Source: a virus
Lineage: Duplodnaviria; Caudoviricetes
Virus record (IMG/VR): IMGVR_UViG_3300044513_003981
Span: 1-45,740 of that record
DNA length: 45,740 nt
Reading direction: 5' to 3' (one strand)
In this document: positions 1-6,018 of the stretch, piece after piece
Numbering within the stretch: the stretch's first letter is position 1
Layout: each line of letters opens with the position of its first letter
Notes under the pieces: model-generated
Databases searched by the model: none
Told to the model about the DNA's origin: nothing
What the model saw: only the letters and a program-made list of their open reading frames with translations
Translations under genes and position numbers: made by a program

Positions 1-279
1 GTAATTGCCAAGCCTAAAAGGGTCGTGAATTGTCCACAAAGTTATAGTTGATCCTAAAGACAGCAAGAATTTTTTAAACCTTTGAGCGTTTTCAACGGAC
101 TCCCAAGAGGAGTTAATATTTGCTGGATAAATCGGAAAATCGTATTTGTGAAGTTCGCAGTCATACCCTATTCCCCAAAAAAACTTATTTTCCAAATTTA
201 AATTGGGAACTATGTTTTGAGTCACTCTAGAAAAACCGCTTTCTAAAGTAGGGGAATCTCCTAAAAAAACATATTGCAT
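1..279 (-). CDS. Glycosyltransferase (GT-B/GT4-like), N-terminal part, runs off the window edge
   Basis: Not in the ORF track. Hand translation from ATG at 279 gives MQYVFLGDSPTLESGFSRVTQNIV...LWTIHDPFRLGNY, open to base 1. The N-terminal pattern parallels the GT4 at 30116 (KVLFISNTSKALTGFGKNQKNV). Confidence 0.7.
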   Translation of the reverse strand, partial: MQYVFLGDSPTLESGFSRVTQNIVPNLNLENKFFWGIGYDCELHKYDFPIYPANINSSWESVENAQRFKKFLLSLGSTITLWTIHDPFRLGNY

Positions 280-286
280 ACATCAT

Positions 287-314
287 ATTATATGCATATA
301 TCCGCTAAAATCAA
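287..314 (-). promoter_or_regulatory. Sigma70-type promoter (TTGATT-16-TATAAT), 7 nt upstream of the ATG at 279
   Basis: Minus-strand TTGATT at 314-309 and TATAAT at 292-287. Confidence 0.6.
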
Positions 315-320
315 TACCTT

Positions 321-361
321 ACTTCGGTAAGTTTAGGCGTAGCGCACTTCGGTAAGTTTAG
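321..361. repeat. 16-bp direct repeat ACTTCGGTAAGTTTAG overlapping the fibre gene stop, with a CTTAC-TTCG-GTAAG hairpin
   Basis: Copies at 321-336 and 346-361; hairpin at 318-331. Confidence 0.85.
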
Positions 362-1535
362 TAGTCGCGACCCATCTAATATTTGTAGCTGCTGCTCCTG
401 TTACTTTTAATTGCAGTGTGCCATTCCCTTCGATACCTGCCGCCGTAGCTGTAACTGACCAAGTTGGGTCATCTTCCGCTATTGTTGTAACTGTTGGCGA
501 CCCAACAAAGCTGGTGGTTCCGCTATGATTTTTAATTAAGCCTTGTATCTTGTAAGCGGCGGAATCTCCTCCTCCAGCCTGATCTTGTTTTGCTACAATG
601 TCTGTTTCAAAGTAAAAAGCGGAATTAGCATAAATATCTATTACCCGAAAAGAGCCATCTAAATAAAGGTCAGTTTGGGTTGCGTCTGTCGTAGAGTTTC
701 TAGATACAAGTATTGAAGTCTTTGCATCTCCGTTTAACGAAAACTTCCCTGCCCCAAATGCTATTTCTCCGTGTCGAGATGCTATAGCATTACGTCCAAT
801 AGCCGTTGAGTAATCTGAGCCTACGCTGCAATTGTGACCAAGCATAATTGTATTGGAATAATCTTGCATGGTATTTCCGTTTCCGATTACGTAATTTCCA
901 GAAACGGGAGTGTTTTCTCCCAAAATCTGATTACCATATCCACCTATAATTGCTGAAATCTTAGAATCTTTAATGTGATTCTGTATTCCCGCCCCAATAA
1001 ACGAATAAACAGAATGTGATCTATCGTATACTGTTTCGTCAATAGAGTTTAATGTTCCTCCTCCAACTATGGAATAATTTGCTGCGGCGTGGTTTCCAGA
1101 ACCTCCGACTACAGCAGAAAAATCACCTAAAGCATTGCCACTGCCAGCATAGCCGTGTGAACCAGTAGGAATTTGAAGGTCTACTGAGTAAGAACCCAGA
1201 TATTCTGTTATTCCTAGTCCGGTCTCTCCGATAGAAAACCCTCCATTACCTAATGGTTTTATATGAATTGATGTATCAGAAAAAGCAGAAGAAAATGGTT
1301 GAAGAATAGATTTTCCAAGATTTCCTCCCACTCCTTCTCGCCCAAGTTGCTGATAAAGCCCTTGAAAGCCTGTTAGACCTGCTCCACCACCGCTGCCGCC
1401 TAGATCACTGACCACTCCCTCATACGATTTAATATGGCCTCCAGCAGAATCAAAATAAAGCTCCCAAGAACCACTAGGAGGCGTTCCTTCGCTTCCTCCA
1501 TCTTCGAACTGAAATGAGCTTTTAGTGTATAACAT
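333..1535 (-). CDS. Tail fibre/adhesin-like protein with YadA-head-like beta-roll repeats
   Basis: Gly-rich, with repeated S-x-V/I-GGG-x-x-N units (SAVVGGSGN, SIVGGGTLN, SFIGAGIQN, SAIIGGYGN, STAIGRNA) and a beta-rich C-terminal domain. Confidence 0.65.
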   Translation of the reverse strand: MLYTKSSFQFEDGGSEGTPPSGSWELYFDSAGGHIKSYEGVVSDLGGSGGGAGLTGFQGLYQQLGREGVGGNLGKSILQPFSSAFSDTSIHIKPLGNGGFSIGETGLGITEYLGSYSVDLQIPTGSHGYAGSGNALGDFSAVVGGSGNHAAANYSIVGGGTLNSIDETVYDRSHSVYSFIGAGIQNHIKDSKISAIIGGYGNQILGENTPVSGNYVIGNGNTMQDYSNTIMLGHNCSVGSDYSTAIGRNAIASRHGEIAFGAGKFSLNGDAKTSILVSRNSTTDATQTDLYLDGSFRVIDIYANSAFYFETDIVAKQDQAGGGDSAAYKIQGLIKNHSGTTSFVGSPTVTTIAEDDPTWSVTATAAGIEGNGTLQLKVTGAAATNIRWVATTKLTEVRYA

Positions 1536-1545
1536 CTAAAGGAAA

Positions 1546-1551
1546 TTACAC
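1546..1551 (-). promoter_or_regulatory. GTGTAA motif, putative late/phage-sigma promoter element
   Basis: 10 nt upstream of the fibre ATG; the same motif lies 13-14 nt upstream of the ATGs at 5114 and 25414. Confidence 0.45.
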
Positions 1552-1558
1552 CTTTCCA

Positions 1559-1586
1559 TTGACAAATAGAAATATTAATTTATAAT
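1559..1586 (+). promoter_or_regulatory. Consensus sigma70 promoter TTGACA-16-TATAAT (leaderless)
   Basis: TTGACA at 1559-1564, TATAAT at 1581-1586, ATG at 1594. Confidence 0.8.
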
Positions 1587-1593
1587 TGAGAGT

Positions 1594-1764
1594 ATGAAAT
1601 TCCTAATAATTTCTTTATCAATCTTTCTTTTTTCTTGCCGATCAAACGAAACTGATTGGAGTAGGATGGAAAGAGAAGCAGAGCGAACAAGGGTGTGTAA
1701 ATATGAAGAAGTTTATCAAGCCGATTCTAATTTATACCTTCCTGTTTGTAAAGTTAAGTTTTAA
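1594..1764 (+). CDS. Small putative lipoprotein (56 aa)
   Basis: Below the ORF-track cutoff. MKFLIISLSIFLFSC-RSNETDW...VCKVKF has a basic N-terminus, a hydrophobic core and a lipobox-like LFSC. Its stop abuts the next ATG (TAAATG). Confidence 0.7.
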   Translation: MKFLIISLSIFLFSCRSNETDWSRMEREAERTRVCKYEEVYQADSNLYLPVCKVKF

Positions 1765-2307
1765 ATGAAGGGGCTATTAGAAAAAACAAACGTTCTTATA
1801 ATTGGGCCTATGGAGGAAGATCTCGAAACGGGCGCTAAAACAAGGGCTTATGCTAAAGAGAGTTTAGCAAAATTAAATATTAATGTTTGGGACCATTATT
1901 CTAGGCCCTTTCTTAACGAATTCTCAGAGGACGAAAAATCTCACCAAAAAATGATAGACCTTCGTGAAAACGAAGAGTTTGAAAAACTATCTGATCTTAG
2001 AAATATAAGAAGGCAAGATCTAGCTTTAGTTGACACTGCTGATATTATCATCTGTGTATTCGATAAAAAGACGTTTTCTGTAGGGACTTTTAATGAATTA
2101 TTTCTTGCGGATTTTTTGAGGAAGCCTATATTCTTTGTATGGGGAGAAGGGAAGAAGAAATGCCCTTTCTGGATATTCTGGACTATCCCTCATAATTATA
2201 TTTACAATAGCCTAGATGAGGCTTTGGAAACCATAAAAAAAATAAATAACGGAGAGAAAAAAATAGACAGCAAACGCTGGAGATTAAAAAAATATGAATA
2301 TCGTTGA
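1765..2307 (+). CDS. Nucleoside 2-deoxyribosyltransferase-like protein
   Basis: Motifs LIIGPME, DLALVDTADIIIC and SVGTFNELFLA (catalytic Glu), followed by KPIF. Confidence 0.7.
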   Translation: MKGLLEKTNVLIIGPMEEDLETGAKTRAYAKESLAKLNINVWDHYSRPFLNEFSEDEKSHQKMIDLRENEEFEKLSDLRNIRRQDLALVDTADIIICVFDKKTFSVGTFNELFLADFLRKPIFFVWGEGKKKCPFWIFWTIPHNYIYNSLDEALETIKKINNGEKKIDSKRWRLKKYEYR

Positions 2308-2557
2308 TAACTCAGCATGTATGCATTTGAAGAAAACAATCGAAGCCTTGCCTTCTGTTGAATCATTCAAATTTAAAGCAGGAAACGGAGAGAACGCCTC
2401 TGTTACGGATTTTGTTTGCAGGGCCTACTTGCATAATGATAAATTAATTGAAGATAAAAACGCCCTATATGAAGTCCCAGAAATTTTGAACAAACAAAAT
2501 ATCAGCGCCTCTTTAGACACGGCAAACGATAGAACTTATTGGGAGTTTGTCGTATGA
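2294..2557 (+). CDS. Hypothetical protein
   Basis: 87-aa ORF overlapping both neighbours in operon fashion. Confidence 0.6.
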   Translation: MNIVDNSACMHLKKTIEALPSVESFKFKAGNGENASVTDFVCRAYLHNDKLIEDKNALYEVPEILNKQNISASLDTANDRTYWEFVV

Positions 2558-2754
2558 GATACAGTTTGATTCGTGACGATGACGGAAATTGGTTTGTTTT
2601 TCCAGCCGATAGGAGGCGTGAAATCAAAAAATATTTTCAACAATACGAATCTTATTGGATAGGAGATCGTGAATTTGAGCCAACGCAACCAGATGGATTA
2701 AAGGAGATTGATGACCTAGATACTTTAACTTTTGAAAATCCAAAAGATATTTAA
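2554..2754 (+). CDS. Hypothetical phage protein (start probably ATG 2554)
   Basis: ATGA overlap with the upstream stop; begins MRYSLIRDDDGNWFVFP. Confidence 0.65.
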   Translation: MRYSLIRDDDGNWFVFPADRRREIKKYFQQYESYWIGDREFEPTQPDGLKEIDDLDTLTFENPKDI

Positions 2755-3308
2755 TAAAAATTATCTAAAGTCCAACTCCATTTATCTCTTATAGCCTCCT
2801 TTGTGGCTTTTTGAAGTTCAGTTTCTATAGTCCGAGGGTGTCTTTTTTCTCTTACTCTCCTAGAATTTAACTTTGTTATTGTTATATGGTCTAGATTTTC
2901 CTCTATGGCCCATTCCTCAACTTCTTGATTTAGATTTTCTAATCTAAAAACTTTTAAATTTGGTATATTCAGTCCATTTAGAATTTCTTCATCTGTGGGG
3001 ATTCTCATCCATACTCGCAAAATCCACTCGTCTATAGAGAGCTTAGGTTTCCTGCCAGCCAAATGAGCGTATGCAGACACGGCTCTTTCTTCTGGATTTC
3101 TGACAGAAGATACAAAAGTAATTTGCTTAATTTGTTCTTCTGAAAACGCAATGTGTAAATGTTCTTTAATAGAATTATATGTGGCATGATGGCCTAAAAA
3201 GTTTCCAATTAACCCACTTCGATTTACCAAGTTACCATTTCTTAGTAAAAAACGACTCAATGAAGTAGACCCACATTTGAGATTTCTTATGATAGCAAAA
3301 TTTTTTAT
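2751..3308 (-). CDS. Sulfotransferase-family protein (start uncertain, upstream of TTG 3260)
   Basis: 3'-PB motif FVSSVRNPEERAVSAY. The 5'-PSB-like motif IIRNLKCGSTSL is encoded in frame at 3293-3258, upstream of the track's TTG start. Confidence 0.7.
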   Translation of the reverse strand: MKNFAIIRNLKCGSTSLSRFLLRNGNLVNRSGLIGNFLGHHATYNSIKEHLHIAFSEEQIKQITFVSSVRNPEERAVSAYAHLAGRKPKLSIDEWILRVWMRIPTDEEILNGLNIPNLKVFRLENLNQEVEEWAIEENLDHITITKLNSRRVREKRHPRTIETELQKATKEAIRDKWSWTLDNFY

Positions 3309-3332
3309 AGTATAATTCGTTTGTTTGTTATA

Positions 3333-3869
3333 TCACTCAAGGCCATCTGATGAGACATTAGTGAATTCATAGATCAAGCCTGCTCTTGGAGGGATTATTA
3401 CGTTATAGTTAATAAACTGTTCTACTTGTATATCTTCGCCACTCGCGGTGACTGTTGCTATATCAAGCAGCATTCCGCCTACCTCAGGATCAGCTTGCTC
3501 TTGTATCGTATAAGTATTACAACTCTGTCCTCCATCGCCAACAGTTGTTCCACCCGCATCCTCCACTAATTCAACCACTGTAATGGGGTCCTGTTCGGGG
3601 GGGTTCTGATCCCAACCTATAGTTACTTCAGTGATCTTTCTGGCTTCAGGATCATACCTTGCTAATAATGAAAGAGTCTCTGACCCGTTTATAGTTTTAT
3701 CTGTATCGAAATCGCCTCCTCCCGCCCAAACTGGTTCCTGCCATGATTTGTCGTAAAAACATTTTCCATAATTAACTCTTACTGAATTAGGGCTTTCTCC
3801 GTCGAATATTTCAAACGGCCTAAGTTTTTGGGCGGGAAAATTGTAAACCCCATCTGCTTTAATAATCAT
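3333..3869 (-). CDS. Hypothetical (likely virion/tail-associated) protein, tandem paralogue B
   Basis: Near-identical N- and C-terminal regions to 3879..4430. Confidence 0.75.
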   Translation of the reverse strand: MIIKADGVYNFPAQKLRPFEIFDGESPNSVRVNYGKCFYDKSWQEPVWAGGGDFDTDKTINGSETLSLLARYDPEARKITEVTIGWDQNPPEQDPITVVELVEDAGGTTVGDGGQSCNTYTIQEQADPEVGGMLLDIATVTASGEDIQVEQFINYNVIIPPRAGLIYEFTNVSSDGLE

Positions 3870-3878
3870 TTATTGCGA

Positions 3879-4430
3879 TCACGGAAGGAACCCCGGGACA
3901 GTAAAGAATTCATAGATCAAACCTACTCTTGGAGGTATTATTACGTCATAGTCAATAAACTGTTCTACTTCTATATCTTCGCCACTCACGGTGACTGTTG
4001 CTATATCAAACAGCATTTCCTCTGGCTCAGCGTTTTGATCAGGTTGCTCTTGTATCGAATATACATAAGTCCCTTCGCCACCACCGAAGCCATCGCCAAA
4101 AGTTGTTGAAAGGAAATCCTCCAGTAATCTAACCTCTTGAATTGGTTCCTGTGTGGGGTGGCTCTGATCCCAACCTATAATTACTTCAGTGATCTTTCTG
4201 GCATAAGCATCATACCTTACTAATAATGAAAGAGTCTCTTCTGACCCATCTATAAGTTTATCTGTATCGAAATCGCCTCCTTCCGCCCAAACTGGTTCCT
4301 TCCATTCTTGTTCGTAAAAGCATTTTCCATAATTGACTCTTACTGAATTAGGGCTTTCTCCGTTGAATATTTCAAACGGCATAAGTTTTTGGGCGGGAAA
4401 ATTGTAAACCCCATCTGCTTTAATAATCAT
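3879..4430 (-). CDS. Hypothetical (likely virion/tail-associated) protein, tandem paralogue A
   Basis: Shares MIIKADGVYNFPAQKL...IIPPR.GLIYEF with 3333..3869. Confidence 0.75.
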   Translation of the reverse strand: MIIKADGVYNFPAQKLMPFEIFNGESPNSVRVNYGKCFYEQEWKEPVWAEGGDFDTDKLIDGSEETLSLLVRYDAYARKITEVIIGWDQSHPTQEPIQEVRLLEDFLSTTFGDGFGGGEGTYVYSIQEQPDQNAEPEEMLFDIATVTVSGEDIEVEQFIDYDVIIPPRVGLIYEFFTVPGFLP

Positions 4431-5114
4431 TTATTTATCAAAATTTTCAAATATATAAACGTCTGCTGATATATCCATATTGGTTGCTCCTGTCCCAATT
4501 AATTGCAGATTTCCATCTATTACTTTAAGGTCCAATCCATAGGAAGAAGAATCTGTGAATAGGGTAGTATCGCTTCTAGAAATCATTTCTCCAGAAGTAG
4601 CGATTCCTTTTATCTCTTTTGCAAATTTCTGACCATTCCTGTTGGTATAACCCATTGCGTTTATATTATAATAACACAACCCTGAGTTTAAAGAAATTCT
4701 ATTAGAATCTTCTATGAATAATTCTCCAGTCGTAATTCCTCCCAAATCAACTCCTAAAATTAAATTAGAAGTTTGCCTCTTTTTGTTAGATCTTACAAAT
4801 TCTAAGGACCTATCGGTTACGCCAGATTCTCCAAAAGAAGAGTTGCCTGTTATATTTAATTCTCCGCTTGAGTGTATTTGACTCGTAGTAAAAATAGAAT
4901 CAACGCTTATTGAATCACTTGAAATGGAAACTCCTCCCCCGCCTTGCCCTCCTGTTATCTCGATCCCATTGACGGCCAAGGTGCCATCGATTGTGCCAGT
5001 TCCTATTAATTTAAAGAGTCCAGTAAAGCCCTTGGAGTCATCGAAAAACTCATTGACGCCGGAAATCGATTCATTAATTTCCTTAGAGGTATTAAATAGT
5101 GTATAAGACGCCAT
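4431..5114 (-). CDS. Virion structural/fibre-like protein, S/T-G rich
   Basis: Gly/Ser/Thr-rich. Its C-terminal domain resembles that of 333..1535 (LQLIGTGATNMDISA vs LQLKVTGAAATNIRWVA). GTGTAA lies upstream at 5133-5128. Confidence 0.6.
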   Translation of the reverse strand: MASYTLFNTSKEINESISGVNEFFDDSKGFTGLFKLIGTGTIDGTLAVNGIEITGGQGGGGVSISSDSISVDSIFTTSQIHSSGELNITGNSSFGESGVTDRSLEFVRSNKKRQTSNLILGVDLGGITTGELFIEDSNRISLNSGLCYYNINAMGYTNRNGQKFAKEIKGIATSGEMISRSDTTLFTDSSSYGLDLKVIDGNLQLIGTGATNMDISADVYIFENFDK

Positions 5115-5134
5115 AATCTGTTATCTATTACACT

Positions 5135-5379
5135 AATTCTTTCTAAACTTCGGGAAAGAATTCTTTAGCATCTGTGAGGATTCCACAGAGTATAGCTATT
5201 TTACAGACTCTCTCAAATAAGTTTATTGCCACTTATTTGGTGTGCGATCTAGCCATATTTCCAATTAATGGAAAAAAGATTAGCGTGGTCGCGTTGTTGT
5301 TAAGATAATGTCGGGTTTTTGTCACTGAGTAAAGAGCCTTTGTAGCCTCATCTCTCCCGCGCTCAGTTGGCGAATCTAA
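5135..5379 (-). ncRNA. Candidate structured non-coding RNA or regulatory leader
   Basis: About 250 nt with no ORF of 60 aa or more in an otherwise gap-free genome. Inverted repeats at 5135-5143/5154-5162 (9 bp), 5171-5176/5184-5189, 5214-5222/5231-5239 (9 bp) and 5259-5273, plus ACTGAG/CTCAGT near 5324-5368. Confidence 0.3.
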
Positions 5380-5386
5380 TTAATAA

Positions 5387-5635
5387 TTAGATAGGAATGC
5401 CGTCGTCCTGCTCTTGTTTGACTGTATTTTGAGGAGCATCTCTCGTATCCAAATAGATCCTAGCATCAGGAGTTTTTTCACCCTCTTGTTTGAGAGTGTT
5501 CCTCATGACAACCACTTGGACTTTTTTACCATCAACTTCTACATAGCCAGAGCTATATTTTTTACCTTTAGCGGACTCGTAAGACCACAAGGCCCCGCAT
5601 TCCCGCTCTTTCCAATCGTTTTTTTCTTCACTCAT
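5387..5635 (-). CDS. DUF736-like small protein with acidic SSB-like C-terminus
   Basis: GALW..ESAKGKKYSSGYVE and PDARIY motifs; ends EQDDGIPI. Confidence 0.55.
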   Translation of the reverse strand: MSEEKNDWKERECGALWSYESAKGKKYSSGYVEVDGKKVQVVVMRNTLKQEGEKTPDARIYLDTRDAPQNTVKQEQDDGIPI

Positions 5636-5768
5636 TTGTTTTTTCTTTCCAGTTTAACTTGCTATAGTTTTTCTTTTCTCTTTTGTAAATCCTTTTAAGG
5701 ATCTTGTTTGTTGGGTCTTTGTCTAAACCTACTTTTTTTCTAATTCTTTTGGCTTGCTTGCCGCTCAT
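5628..5768 (-). CDS. Small basic hypothetical protein (46 aa)
   Basis: Not in the track. MSGKQAKRIRKKVGLDKDPTNKILKRIYKREKKNYSKLNWKEKTNE; ATGA overlap with the upstream gene and overlaps the downstream start. Confidence 0.7.
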   Translation of the reverse strand: MSGKQAKRIRKKVGLDKDPTNKILKRIYKREKKNYSKLNWKEKTNE

Positions 5769-5974
5769 GCAAATACATTGTTGACTCGACTTACAGAACT
5801 TAATGCAATTTTAACATCAGTTTCCATATTTCGATCATTAAAAACTACATAATGAGGAGTGACTCTTACCACCTTCGCATTAAATGTTCGTCCATCAAGA
5901 GTTCCAATTCCAGTGAAACGACCTTTAGAGTTTTTCAACTCTCCTACAATTGCTTTAGAATATGTTTTATTCAT
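5765..5974 (-). CDS. Hypothetical protein
   Basis: 69-aa ORF preceded by a minus-strand TTGACT-16-TATAAT (6018-6013, 5996-5991). Confidence 0.7.
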   Translation of the reverse strand: MNKTYSKAIVGELKNSKGRFTGIGTLDGRTFNAKVVRVTPHYVVFNDRNMETDVKIALSSVSRVNNVFA

Positions 5975-5990
5975 AATATATCTGTTCTAG

Positions 5991-6018
5991 ATTATAATCT
6001 AATATCTCTGGAAGTCAA
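5991..6018 (-). promoter_or_regulatory. Sigma70-type promoter TTGACT-16-TATAAT
   Basis: Direct motif match upstream of the ATG at 5974. Confidence 0.65.

Noticed and set aside
1703-1768. 21-aa ORF MKKFIKPILIYTFLFVKLSFK nested in the lipoprotein gene after a GTGTAA
   Set aside because: Too short, and the motif-to-ATG distance (2 nt) does not match the other sites; a spanin-like nested arrangement is not supported.
3333-4430. Diversity-generating retroelement TR/VR pair
   Set aside because: Differences are not adenine-restricted (ATG/AGG, CAA/AAA, GTA/GCA) and include indels. Both copies are full genes, and no reverse transcriptase is in the window.
5143-5379. tRNA or tmRNA in the intergenic gaps
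   Set aside because: No T-loop GTTCRA, acceptor stem/CCA or tag reading frame recognised here or at 24250-24605.
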